Positions 8,294 to 17,618 of a stretch of 64,000 nucleotides of DNA are shown one piece after another. Each line of letters starts with the position of its first letter. The first letter of the stretch is position 1. The notes beneath the pieces are model-generated. The model worked only from the letters and a program-made list of their open reading frames with translations, was not told the DNA's origin and searched no databases. The DNA is taken from assembly GCF_965247905.1 (NCBI RefSeq), contig NZ_OZ252047.1, positions 2,073,304 to 2,137,303 on the forward strand, given 5' to 3'. Position numbers and translations under genes: made by a program. Source of the DNA: Candidatus Spongiihabitans sp. (GTDB taxonomy: Bacteria > Pseudomonadota > Gammaproteobacteria > Arenicellales > Poriferihabitantaceae).

Positions 8294-11200
8294 GGGCGCG
8301 GTCTCCTTCAGGGTCGATAAATACGTGGTGGACGACTTTGACCGGCACATACGTATCGGTTAACGGTGATGCGGCATAGATGGTTTTCCCGATCCATTGT
8401 TCGCCTTTTTCCAGCAACCCCAATCCTATGTGCTGTTGCAGATTGGCGCTATAGTATTTCGATGACACATGGCCAAGCATTTTCACCGGCGGGGTATCTC
8501 CCAGTTTTTCAATCAGTTGGCAACCGCGTTTTATTTCTTCGCCATTTTCGGAAATCAATCCTACCAGTGTTTTGCGAGAATCGCAGACCATGCCGGGCCG
8601 ATCCAACGCATGCTTGCCGATAAAATCCCCCTCGGTTTTTTGCATACGCCCAAACCCAAAATCTGCAGCCGTGGTTCGACCATCCAGCTCACCGCCGACG
8701 ATGTGGCCTTTTTCAATCCGCAGCATGGACAAGGCTTCAGTGCCGTAAGGGGTGATGTCAAATTCTTCGCCCAGCCGTATCAACGCTTCCCAAACCGATA
8801 ATGCGTAGTCGGACGGAACATGTATTTCGTAGGCCAACTCGCCGGAAAAAGTGATTCTGAATATTCGCACCGGATAACCCTCGATAGTGGCTTCCTGGTA
8901 ACCCATAAACCCAATACTGCCATTACTGACATCACAATCATCCACGGCTTTTTCCAGCACTTTCCGTGAATCGGGTCCGGCCAGCGCCATGCCGCCCCAT
9001 TGGTCGGTTATTGAGGTAATATGAACATTGAGCTGCGGCCAAACGGTCTGCGCATAAAATTCCAGATGCGACATGACCGGGCCGGCGCTGGCGGTGGTGG
9101 TGGTCATGTAGTATTCGTTTTCGCCCATTCGGGTGGTCGTGCCATCATCGGCGACATGGCCGTCTTCGCGCAGCATCAATCCATAGCGCGCCTTGCCGAC
9201 CGGCAACTTCATCCATTTATTGATATACACCCGATTCAGGAACTCGGCCACATCGCGGCCGCGCAACTCGATGGTGCCCAAAGTTGAAACGTCCACAATG
9301 CCCACCTTTGCGCGTACCTGCCGAGCCTCTCGGTAAATCGCTTCCGTCATGGTTTCGTCAGGATGCCGGTAGTATTGGGCGCGTTGCCAGGCGCCGGCAT
9401 TGACCATGGTCGCGCCATGGTCTATATGCCAGTCATGCATCGGCGTGCGCCGCAGCGGCATAAAATTTACGCCGGTCTCATTGCTGGCAATGGCGCCCAT
9501 GCTGATGGCGGAAAACGGCGGTCGGAAAGTGGTGCTGCCCACTTCGGGGATTGAGCGGCCACTGAGCTGCGCCATCATCGCCAGGCCATTGACGTTGCTG
9601 GTGCGGCCCTGATCGGTGCCCATGCCCAGGGTGGTGTAGCGTTTGAGATGCTCGACCGATTGATAACCCTCGCGATGAGCCAGCGCGACATCGCTGCTGG
9701 TAACATCATTTTGGAAGTCAATGAATTGTTTGGCGGCGGGCTTGAATTTAGCGGGTTTGGATTTTTTGGCATTTGCGCCGGGAATTATCCAGCAGGCTTC
9801 GATAGGCCTTTCTATTGCTTGGTCACAGGTTGGCAGCGGCACAAATGCGCCGGGCACAAAACCCGCCTTCTCGGCCGCCAGCCGCCCAGCGTTTGCGCCT
9901 TCGATTAAACAATTTCGGGTCGCAAATTCTGCATTGATTGAACCGGCCATCAGTTGCGGGCGAACCGAAGTATGCGGAACGAAACAAGTTAGTTTATCGT
10001 CATAACGAAGTTTGCCTTGCGACTGCGAAAACAGGTGCACGGTTGGATTCCAGCCGCCGGAAACCGCCAGCAAATCACATTCAATAGCGCGCGACTCAGT
10101 TCCAAGTTCACCCCGATCAAGTTCCCCCCGATCAAGTTCACCCTGGCCAATTTCACCCTTTGCGTATGAATTCACCTCGACGCTGGTTAAGCATTTTCCG
10201 CCATTCGCAGTTACCACAACGGCGCCGGCGATCACTTCAACTTCATGCTGGCTGGCAATATCCAACGCCGTTTCGCCAGGCCCGGCGCGGCTATCGACGA
10301 TGGCGATAATCTTGCCGCCCGTTTCAATGAGCGCGGGAATGGTGGCATAAGCGGAATCGTTGTTGGTCATGATCACCGCTTTATCGCCGCAACGGACGCC
10401 ATGCTGGCGGGCGTAGCTGCGCACCGCAGAAGATAACATGACCCCGGGAAGATCATTATTTCCAAAAACAATGGGGCGCTCGATGGCACCGCTCGCAAGC
10501 ACCACCTGATTGGCGCGAATCCACCAGATTCGTTGCCGCGGCGGCCCTGATTGACCCGGCTCAAGCCCGGGCAAATGATCCCCGACCCGCTCGCAGGCTA
10601 ATAGTAAATTGTCATCGTAATAGCCAAACGCGGTGGTGCGGATGAGGACGCGCACATTTTCCATTTGCGCGAGTTGTTCTGTTATGGCAGCAACCCATGC
10701 CGCGGCAGATTCACCATTCAGCGTTTCCGCGCTATCGCGAAGCGCGCCGCCGAGAATGGCGTTGTCGTCGATCAATATCGTGCGCGCACCGCTCATTCCG
10801 GCGCTGAGCGCGGCGATTAATCCCGCCGCACCACCGCCAACAACCAGCACCTCGCAATGGGCGAATCGTTTCGCATATCGATCTGGATCCGGCTCGGTGG
10901 GGGCGACTCCCAGGCCAGCGATTTTCCTGATTCGATGTTCGTATTTCATCCACCAACTGGCCGGCCACATAAACGTTTTGTTATAAAATCCGGCCGGGAG
11001 AAGCGGGGACAGGAGGTTATTCAGCGCATTGACATCGAAATCAACGCTCGGCCAGCAGTTTTGGCTGGCCGCTTCCAGACCATCGAATAATTCCACCTGA
11101 GTACAGCGCATATTCGGCTCAGTACGATTGCCGGTGCGCAGTTGCACCAAGGCGTTTGGCTCTTCCACGCCGGCCGTCATTATTCCGCGAGGACGATGGT

Positions 11201-11363
11201 ATTTGAAGCTGCGCGCCACTAACTTCACGCCGTTTGCCAGTAACGCAGAGGCCAGGGTGTCGCCTTGATAGCCGGTGTATGGTTTGCCATTGAACTTGAA
11301 ATTCAGCGGCTTGGCGCGATCGATGGCGCCGCCGGACGGGGCGCGGAAGGGTTGTTGACTCAT
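8286..11363 (-). CDS. soxA: Sarcosine oxidase alpha subunit
   Basis: GDTLASALLANG, SFKYHRPRG, GGGAAG dinucleotide fold, EHLKRYTTLGMGTDQGRTS, GcvT-like C-terminal half (DVSTLG, LRIEKG). Confidence 0.96.
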   Translation of the reverse strand: MSQQPFRAPSGGAIDRAKPLNFKFNGKPYTGYQGDTLASALLANGVKLVARSFKYHRPRGIMTAGVEEPNALVQLRTGNRTEPNMRCTQVELFDGLEAASQNCWPSVDFDVNALNNLLSPLLPAGFYNKTFMWPASWWMKYEHRIRKIAGLGVAPTEPDPDRYAKRFAHCEVLVVGGGAAGLIAALSAGMSGARTILIDDNAILGGALRDSAETLNGESAAAWVAAITEQLAQMENVRVLIRTTAFGYYDDNLLLACERVGDHLPGLEPGQSGPPRQRIWWIRANQVVLASGAIERPIVFGNNDLPGVMLSSAVRSYARQHGVRCGDKAVIMTNNDSAYATIPALIETGGKIIAIVDSRAGPGETALDIASQHEVEVIAGAVVVTANGGKCLTSVEVNSYAKGEIGQGELDRGELDRGELGTESRAIECDLLAVSGGWNPTVHLFSQSQGKLRYDDKLTCFVPHTSVRPQLMAGSINAEFATRNCLIEGANAGRLAAEKAGFVPGAFVPLPTCDQAIERPIEACWIIPGANAKKSKPAKFKPAAKQFIDFQNDVTSSDVALAHREGYQSVEHLKRYTTLGMGTDQGRTSNVNGLAMMAQLSGRSIPEVGSTTFRPPFSAISMGAIASNETGVNFMPLRRTPMHDWHIDHGATMVNAGAWQRAQYYRHPDETMTEAIYREARQVRAKVGIVDVSTLGTIELRGRDVAEFLNRVYINKWMKLPVGKARYGLMLREDGHVADDGTTTRMGENEYYMTTTTASAGPVMSHLEFYAQTVWPQLNVHITSITDQWGGMALAGPDSRKVLEKAVDDCDVSNGSIGFMGYQEATIEGYPVRIFRITFSGELAYEIHVPSDYALSVWEALIRLGEEFDITPYGTEALSMLRIEKGHIVGGELDGRTTAADFGFGRMQKTEGDFIGKHALDRPGMVCDSRKTLVGLISENGEEIKRGCQLIEKLGDTPPVKMLGHVSSKYYSANLQQHIGLGLLEKGEQWIGKTIYAASPLTDTYVPVKVVHHVFIDPEGDRARG

Positions 11364-11650
11364 GTCGGCGTCGGCTCGGTGTCATCGGCAATTTCACCGT
11401 CAGCACTGGACGAGCCCAACATTTCGTGGGTTTGTACGTTGCGTTTGACCTTTATCCATTGTCGGCAACCGGCGCTATGCTGCCACCACTCGATATGCGC
11501 GCCGCACGGATTATCCCGAAAATAAATGTGATCCAGCCACTGCGCCTGGCTGGCAGTGGCCGGATCGGGTCGCGGTACGGTGGCATCGCCGCGATAGGTG
11601 AATTCCGTTTGCGCTCGATCGCCGCAATGCGGGCAGTTGATCAATAACAT
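11360..11650 (-). CDS. soxD: Sarcosine oxidase delta subunit
   Basis: MLLINCPHCGDR..EF.Y.G, YFRDNP.G.H.EWW.H..GC.QW zinc-binding pattern. Confidence 0.95.
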   Translation of the reverse strand: MLLINCPHCGDRAQTEFTYRGDATVPRPDPATASQAQWLDHIYFRDNPCGAHIEWWQHSAGCRQWIKVKRNVQTHEMLGSSSADGEIADDTEPTPT

Positions 11651-11660
11651 TTGATGCTCT

Positions 11661-11704
11661 CCTGATGATTCATGGCCTGATGACTCATGCCTAATGACTC
11701 ATCG
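11661..11704. repeat. Triplicated 14-15-bp unit at the soxB 3' end
   Basis: cctgatgattcatgg / cctgatgactcatg / cctaatgactcatcg. Confidence 0.8.
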
Positions 11705-12956
11705 GAGACGCGCCGACCCCTTTCTCATCGATCAACCAACCTTGGTGAAATCGATCCAGAGTAAACGCGGCATTGTATTCGTGCGGCGCATCGTTAGCGA
11801 TGGTGTGGGCGAAGCAGTATCCGGAGGCCGGGGTTGCCTTAAACCCGCCATAACACCATCCAGCGTTTAGATACAACCTTTGAATATCGGTCTTGCAGAT
11901 AATCGGACTGCCGTCCATCGACATATCCACAAGTCCGCCCCAGGTGCGCATCAAGCGCATTCGGCTGACCGCCGGGAATAAAGTGATCACCGCCTGAATG
12001 ATATGTTCGAGCACCGGAAAATTGCCGCGTTGCGCGTAGGAGTTGTAGCCATCCAGATCGCCGCCGAACACCAACTCGCCCTTGTCCGACTGACTGATAT
12101 ACAGGTGCGCCGCGCCGGAGGTGACCACGGTATCGAGCATCGGCTTGACCGGCTCGGTGACCATCGCCTGCAGCACATGCGACTCTATCGGCATACGCAT
12201 ATCCAGCATATCCATGACCCGAGTGGTATTTCCGGCAACGGCAACGCCGATTTTGCGCGCGCCGATTGCGCCGCGGGTTGTGTCGACGCCGACCACCTTG
12301 CCGCCTGCTCGTTTGAAACCCGTGACTTCGCAGTTTTCGATAATATCCACGCCGCGCGCATCGGCCGCTCGGGCATAGCCCCAGGCAACCGAGTCGTGCC
12401 GGGCGGTGCCGCCTCTGGGCTGCAGCAATCCGCCCATGATCGGGAATCGGGTTTGCGCCGAGGTGTCCAGCAATGGCACCATTTTTTTAATTTGCTTCAG
12501 ATCAAGTATTTCCGCATCGATGCCATTTAAGCGCATGGCGTTGCCGCGACGATGCAGGGCGTCCATTTGGCTGTCGTCATGCGCAAGATTGAGGACCCCG
12601 CGCTGGCTGAACATCAGATTAAAATTCAAGTCCTGCGACAATCCTTCCCATAATTTCATGCCATGCTCATAGAAATGCGCGTTCGGTTCAAGCAGGTAAT
12701 TGGAGCGAATAATGGTGGTATTGCGCCCGGTGTTGCCGCCGCCTATCCAGCCTTTTTCGAGCACTGCGACCTGGGTTATATTATGGTTTTTCGCGAGGTA
12801 ATAGGCGGTCGCCAAGCCGTGACCGCCGCCGCCGATGATAATGACATCGTAACGCGGTTTAGGTTCTGGGCTTTTCCAGGCTTGCTGCCAATTTTTATGG
12901 CCAGTCAGGGCATTGCGCGCCAGGCTAAAAATCGAATAACGCATGGGACCGTTCAC
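11691..12956 (-). CDS. soxB: Sarcosine oxidase beta subunit
   Basis: GGGGHGLATAYYLA, GNTGRNTTIIRSNY, GGTARHDSVAWGYAR, GWCYGGFKATP. Confidence 0.97.
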   Translation of the reverse strand: MNGPMRYSIFSLARNALTGHKNWQQAWKSPEPKPRYDVIIIGGGGHGLATAYYLAKNHNITQVAVLEKGWIGGGNTGRNTTIIRSNYLLEPNAHFYEHGMKLWEGLSQDLNFNLMFSQRGVLNLAHDDSQMDALHRRGNAMRLNGIDAEILDLKQIKKMVPLLDTSAQTRFPIMGGLLQPRGGTARHDSVAWGYARAADARGVDIIENCEVTGFKRAGGKVVGVDTTRGAIGARKIGVAVAGNTTRVMDMLDMRMPIESHVLQAMVTEPVKPMLDTVVTSGAAHLYISQSDKGELVFGGDLDGYNSYAQRGNFPVLEHIIQAVITLFPAVSRMRLMRTWGGLVDMSMDGSPIICKTDIQRLYLNAGWCYGGFKATPASGYCFAHTIANDAPHEYNAAFTLDRFHQGWLIDEKGVGASPMSH

Positions 12957-13074
12957 ACAGATTGATTAGAATTGATGTTGAATAGTATAAGCGATTTGTG
13001 AATGAGTAAAAATATCCTATAATGATTTGTTCATGATTATCGCCACAAGCGTCTTTGGCCCCCCTTGATTATCA

Positions 13075-13983
13075 ATGAACATGTCAACAGAACAAAATAT
13101 TCAGCAATTCCTGACCGGGTTCAGCGCAGAAACCACGCCGGGCGCGGCCGCGAAAACTGCCGATTTCAGGGAACACCTCCGCCCGGGAACCATCGTGTAT
13201 ATTACGTTTTTGCCGGGTGCGGATTTTGACGCCACCGTCGCCGTGGCTGCGCGCTTGCGTGATGAAGGCTTTATACCGGTGCCGCATTTCGCCGCGCGCA
13301 GCATTAGCGACCAAAAGACCCTGAATGAAAACATTGCACGGGTTGTCGGTGAAGCGGGAGTGGACTGGGTGTTATGTATCGCCGGTGCGGTGGATAAACC
13401 GGTCGGGGTGTACACCGATTCCATGCAACTTCTGGATTCCGGTTTGTTCGATAAACACGGCATAAAACGCATTGCCGTGGCCGGACATCCCGAGGGCAGT
13501 CCGGATATGTCCGAGCAGGCGATCCGCGCTGCGGTTAAGTGGAAAAATGAGTTTCAAAATAAAACCGATGCGGCTATGTACCTGGTCACCCAATTTGCGT
13601 TTGAATCTGAACCGATCATCGCCTGGGACAAAATGTTGCAGCGCGATGGCAACACATTGCCCATCCATATTGGCATCCCCGGCTTGGCCACGCTAAAAAC
13701 ATTGTTGCTGCATGCCAAAGCCTGTGGCATCGGCGCCTCCATGAAATTTCTCACCAAGCAAGCCAAAAACGTCACCAAACTGCTGGCGGTCAAGGCCCCG
13801 GACAAACTGGTCAGAGACCTGGCGGACTACTGCGCCAACCACCCTGATTCCGGCATTACCGGCGTTCACATGTATCCATTAGGCGGATTGCGCCGCAGCG
13901 CAAAGTGGAGTTACGCGGTCACCGATGGACTGTTTACTCTGGATAATAAAGGCGGGTTCAAGGTGGATGTTGAACTGGACTGA
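13075..13983 (+). CDS. Methylenetetrahydrofolate reductase family protein (MetF-like), divergent from soxB
   Basis: VYITFLPG, PVPHFAARSI, AGHPEGSPD, VTQFAFE, GVHMYPLGG; C1/THF context next to sox. Confidence 0.82.
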   Translation: MNMSTEQNIQQFLTGFSAETTPGAAAKTADFREHLRPGTIVYITFLPGADFDATVAVAARLRDEGFIPVPHFAARSISDQKTLNENIARVVGEAGVDWVLCIAGAVDKPVGVYTDSMQLLDSGLFDKHGIKRIAVAGHPEGSPDMSEQAIRAAVKWKNEFQNKTDAAMYLVTQFAFESEPIIAWDKMLQRDGNTLPIHIGIPGLATLKTLLLHAKACGIGASMKFLTKQAKNVTKLLAVKAPDKLVRDLADYCANHPDSGITGVHMYPLGGLRRSAKWSYAVTDGLFTLDNKGGFKVDVELD

Positions 13984-14015
13984 TTTTATGGCTTCAAACA
14001 AGGCCCCGGATTTTC

Positions 14016-14024
14016 TGATAAAAT
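14016..14024 (+). promoter_or_regulatory. Extended -10 element 9 nt before the MNT start codon (possible leaderless transcript)
   Basis: TG-A-TAAAAT at 14016-14024; no Shine-Dalgarno before ATG 14034. Confidence 0.35.
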
Positions 14025-14033
14025 CTTTCCTAT

Positions 14034-14315
14034 ATGAGACTCACAGATCAGGAACGCGCCACCATTACCGAAACCATCATGAGTTTTGATAAGGATGCTC
14101 GACTTTATCTATTCGGCTCGCGGGTGGATGACAACCGCAAAGGTGGTGATATCGACTTATTGGTGTTAACCGACAAACTAACCTTCGCCGATAAACTGAA
14201 GATCAAAGCGCGTTTGTGGGAGCGCCTGGACGAGCAAAAAATCGACTTGTTGATTACTGATGACGAGTCTCGCCCGTTTGTGCGGATTGCGTTGGAAGAT
14301 GCGATTCGGTTATGA
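14034..14315 (+). CDS. Minimal nucleotidyltransferase (MNT), antitoxin-like
   Basis: LYLFGSRV....GGDIDLL nucleotidyltransferase motif; 93 aa; ATGA overlap with the next gene. Confidence 0.88.
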   Translation: MRLTDQERATITETIMSFDKDARLYLFGSRVDDNRKGGDIDLLVLTDKLTFADKLKIKARLWERLDEQKIDLLITDDESRPFVRIALEDAIRL

Positions 14316-14755
14316 ACCAAAGAAAATTTGACCTGTTGCGCGACCAAGTGGCTCTTATGGATAAAGCCGCCAACCACTTCCGTTTTTCCTTGCAACGATG
14401 CGTGGAAATACGAGGCAAGAATAATTATAGCGCGGAAGAATTGGAACGATTTGAATCTCTTGCCAGCCGCTTTGCACGTTTGAGTGATCTGGTAATGCAA
14501 AAAATGTTCCGCCTTATCGACCAGCTGGATTTGGAAAACCAGGAAACAGTAAGAGACCGCATTAACAACGCGGAAAAAAAGGGGTTGATAAAGAACAGCG
14601 AAACCTTTGTTGAAATCAGGGAGTTGAGAAACAGCATCGCGCATGAATACGAAGAAGAAGCGATGCGGAAAATATTCAATACCGTAATCACTTACTGCCC
14701 GGATTTGTTGGATGCAGTAAAGCGCATACAACGCTATATTCGGCGCTACTATTAA
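14312..14755 (+). CDS. HEPN-domain protein (HI0074-like), toxin-like RNase
   Basis: R-x4-H-x-Y motif RNSIAHEY; DRINNAEKKGLI helical pattern; paired with MNT. Confidence 0.85.
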   Translation: MNQRKFDLLRDQVALMDKAANHFRFSLQRCVEIRGKNNYSAEELERFESLASRFARLSDLVMQKMFRLIDQLDLENQETVRDRINNAEKKGLIKNSETFVEIRELRNSIAHEYEEEAMRKIFNTVITYCPDLLDAVKRIQRYIRRYY

Positions 14756-14860
14756 GCTTTCTCGTTCAGTCGCGCCTTCGGCAATGATCAGTCCTGCCAA
14801 TTGTCATAACCCATGACCCGGGAGAATTTGATGGAGAATCGGATTAACGCTGGTTTTGGT

Positions 14861-14956
14861 TCAAGATACTTTAAGCGGTCGATTTCGGATAGATTTCAGC
14901 AGATATTGACACCCATTTTCGTGGCGCATATTGAAGCGAAACTCACACTCTTTCAA
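14861..14956 (-). pseudogene. C-terminal remnant of an IS1595-family (IS1016-like) transposase
   Basis: Translates LKECEFRFNMRHENGCQYLLKSIRNRPLKVS*, resembling the LKECE(F/W)RFN C-terminus of IS1016-type transposases; stop codon lies within the TIR. Family match is by recall, not by search. Confidence 0.75.
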
Positions 14957-15322
14957 AGGAGTCCGGCTACGCCGGACGACATATTTTAACTGGATTCCCG
15001 CCTGCGGCGAGAATGACGGGCTGGGGGGACAAGGGTGAATCGGAAGGCGATGATTTCTTTTGAGAAGACAATGGTAAATAAGTGTCACGCAAAGCGTGAC
15101 ACTAAAACGTGCTCTATTACCTATAATCCGTCATTGCCCGGCCCATATTATTATTATTGGCCGGGCAATCCAGTTATTAAACCGTTCGGCGTAGCCGAAC
15201 TCCTTTGCGGCGAAGCCGCGCTGTTTGTGTCTGGCAAAGCCGTATGCCAAAAAGAGTCACGCTACGCGTGACAGATATTTAACTGGATTCCCGCCTTCGG
15301 CGAGAATGACGAATAAGAGTCG

Positions 15323-15496
15323 TCATTGCCCGGCGATGTGTTGTCTGATTTGAGTATACAATCGGCTGGTCGCTGGACGAGAGATGCCAGTGATTCGAGC
15401 GACTTTGCAAGCCTCGATATCAAGGCAAAACAGCCGTGGAATCGCCCTGAATTTATTCTCCGAAATTCGGCAACGAATGACATGCTTGTTTTTCAT
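15323..15496 (-). pseudogene. N-terminal (HTH) remnant of the same transposase, 57 aa, below the ORF-track cutoff
   Basis: MKNKHVIRCRISENKFRAIPRLFCLDIEACKVARITGISRPATSRLYTQIRQHIAGQ*, resembling the RISE.KFR...RLF.LD..A...A..TG.SR N-terminus of IS1016-like transposases. Confidence 0.75.
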
Positions 15497-15525
15497 TTAT
15501 AGAACAATTAGTTATGACCATTTCA

Positions 15526-16182
15526 CTATACCTTAAAGTATCTTGAACCCTGGTTTTTAACGATGATGACGTGGAAGTGTCTGGGTCCGTGGGCGCCGTA
15601 AACGATGGTTTGTTCAATATCCGCGGTTTTCGAGGGGCCCGTGATAAAATTTATCGCGCGCGGCTGCGCTTTTATCACTTTCATCATGGGCCAGAACTGT
15701 TCCATAGTCGCTACCAATCGTGACTCCAGAAGCACCACAATATTAATTTCCGGCAGAAAATTAAGCGTAACTGGCGAGCGCGCGGACGACACCATGGCGA
15801 TGGTTCCGGTTTCGGCGATTCCCGCAAATGCCAGGGTAATCGAAGTGCGGTCGGATTTTCGAGCCGGTCTTGGTTCAACCACCAGGTCTGCCCAATCCAA
15901 CTGGGTCAACTTTGGGTCGGTTGCGATAGCGGCGCGTAATTTCGCACCTGCTTTTATCAGGTAGTGGGTCGCGGAATCAGGAACATCGCCCAAGTTTGCG
16001 AGAATTTCCCAGGTGCCATGCACCTGAACCAACATTTCGACAAATTGACCTGTTTTATTTGCTTCAATATCAAAGGGGTAATCCGGTTGTGGCAACGCAA
16101 TAGAAAAATCGGGCGCCGATTCAAAATCTGATGAATCGGTTGCCGCGCGAATTTTTGACAATATGGTTTCCCGGGCGCTCAT
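15526..16182 (-). CDS. lutC: Lactate utilization protein C (LutC/YkgG); C-terminus supplied by the MITE
   Basis: GIAETGT, LNFLPE..IVVL, INFITGPSKTADIEQTIVYGAHGP; last residues GSRYFKV are read from the TIR. Confidence 0.9.
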   Translation of the reverse strand: MSARETILSKIRAATDSSDFESAPDFSIALPQPDYPFDIEANKTGQFVEMLVQVHGTWEILANLGDVPDSATHYLIKAGAKLRAAIATDPKLTQLDWADLVVEPRPARKSDRTSITLAFAGIAETGTIAMVSSARSPVTLNFLPEINIVVLLESRLVATMEQFWPMMKVIKAQPRAINFITGPSKTADIEQTIVYGAHGPRHFHVIIVKNQGSRYFKV

Positions 16183-17618
16183 GTTTTATGGCGATGCCGG
16201 GCTTTCCGTAGTTGCTGAAAAGTGGATTGGGCCGGCGCCGGAAAATCCCGCGTCGCGGTCCACGGGCGTGCCAAGGGCAGCCATCGAAACCTTCCTCTGG
16301 CAGCCGTCGATTTAAGCGATTGTAGTCTTGTCAGGATGGCGATTAATATTCTCGTGATCTGGTTATACCGCTTGGGTCGGCTTGCCAATGAATACCAGCA
16401 CCACAGACCAAACTTCTGCGTCCGTGAAGGCGCGCCCATTTGCGCCAAATCCACTCGGTGCTGCCGCAATAATGACGGCAGCGGAATTTTTACCGGACAA
16501 ACCGTTTCGCAGCGCCCATTTAAAGTGCAGGCATTGGGCAAGTGCATTGCCTTTGTTTGCCCCACCAATAACGGCGTCAGCACCGCGCCCACGGGGCCCG
16601 GATAAACCCAGCCATAGGCATGACCACCGATGTTGGTGTAGACCGGGCAATGATTCAAACAGGCGCCGCAGCGGATGCAGCGAAGAATGTCCCGGTATTT
16701 GCCGTTGAGTATTTCGGCGCGACCATTGTCCAGCAACACCACATGAAATTGCTCAGGCCCGTCTAAATCATCTTCTCGTCTGGGGCCATTGAACAAGGTC
16801 GTGTACACGCTCATGCTTTGGCCGGTTGCGCTACGCCCAAGCAAGCGCAGGAATCCGCCCAGTGAAACCAGGTCGGGAATCACTTTTTCAATGCTGGCGA
16901 TAATGATATGCACGTTGGGCAAAGACGCGGTTAAATCACCATTGCCTTCGTTGGTGACGATGACGGCCGAGCCGGTGTCGGCCACTAAAAAGTTTGCCCC
17001 GGTGATGCCGACATCGGCGCTGCAAAAATGATCGCGCAGGATTTGCCGCGCCTGATTGACGATATCTTCGGGCTCGGTAACCTGTTCAAGATAGCCAAGT
17101 CCGGAATGGTGCGCATGAAACAAGTCGGTGACGTTTTGTTTCGACTTGTGCACCGCGGGGGCGATAATATGGCTGGGAGATTCCCCGGCCAACTGAATAA
17201 TATACTCGCCCAAGTCAGTTTCGATGACTTCGTAACCTTGGTCTTGCAACGACTGGTTGGTCACCGCTTCCTCCGAAACCATTGATTTTCCCTTGGTTAT
17301 CTTCCTGGCGTTGGCAGCGGCGCAAATATTTAGAATGATTCTATTCGCTTGTTCTCCGTTCCACGCCCAATGAACCTGACTGCCGTTTTTCGTTGCGTTA
17401 GTTTCAAATTGAGTCAGGTAATAATCCAAGTGTTTTAGCGTGTGATCTTTAACCTGCTGTCCGTAGGTGCGGTAATCCTCAAAGTTTCTTAACTCGGCAA
17501 CCGCTTTTTTTCGGGTATTTACAAATCCCCCCTCGGCCCGGTCAAGCGCGCAACGTAAATCATCATCAAGCAAAGCGGCTTTGGACGCCGAGTTAAAATT
17601 TTGTGATAAAACTTTCAC
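16179..17618 (-). CDS. lutB: Lactate utilization Fe-S protein B (LutB/YkgF)
   Basis: KGKSMVSEE, ETDLGEYIIQLAGE.PSHIIAPAVH, NEGNG, CIRCGACLNHCPVY, CTLNGRCETVCPVKIP. Confidence 0.95.
   Translation of the reverse strand: MKVLSQNFNSASKAALLDDDLRCALDRAEGGFVNTRKKAVAELRNFEDYRTYGQQVKDHTLKHLDYYLTQFETNATKNGSQVHWAWNGEQANRIILNICAAANARKITKGKSMVSEEAVTNQSLQDQGYEVIETDLGEYIIQLAGESPSHIIAPAVHKSKQNVTDLFHAHHSGLGYLEQVTEPEDIVNQARQILRDHFCSADVGITGANFLVADTGSAVIVTNEGNGDLTASLPNVHIIIASIEKVIPDLVSLGGFLRLLGRSATGQSMSVYTTLFNGPRREDDLDGPEQFHVVLLDNGRAEILNGKYRDILRCIRCGACLNHCPVYTNIGGHAYGWVYPGPVGAVLTPLLVGQTKAMHLPNACTLNGRCETVCPVKIPLPSLLRQHRVDLAQMGAPSRTQKFGLWCWYSLASRPKRYNQITRILIAILTRLQSLKSTAARGRFRWLPLARPWTATRDFPAPAQSTFQQLRKARHRHKT

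Larger units (their letters stand above)
14858..15549 (-). mobile_element. Non-autonomous IS1595-family-derived element (MITE), copy 1, 692 bp
   Basis: 18-bp TIRs GGTTCAAGATACTTTAAG (14858-14875) / CTTAAAGTATCTTGAACC (15532-15549); 8-bp TSD CTGGTTTT at 14850-14857 and 15550-15557; strand given by transposase remnants. Confidence 0.93.

Noticed and set aside
12957-13074. Glycine or SAM riboswitch between soxB and the MTHFR gene
   Set aside because: The region is short, AT-rich and promoter-like, with no convincing conserved aptamer stems.
14906-14934. TTGACA-N17-TATTGA as a MITE-borne promoter
   Set aside because: The -10 is poor (lacks the final T), it points inward, and it lies in the old transposase coding sequence.
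14861-15483. Small ORFs inside the MITEs (14861-15088, 15035-15271, 15262-15483 and equivalents in copies 2 and 3) as functional genes
   Set aside because: They are chance read-throughs of hairpin modules that differ between copies; only the terminal transposase remnants look protein-like.
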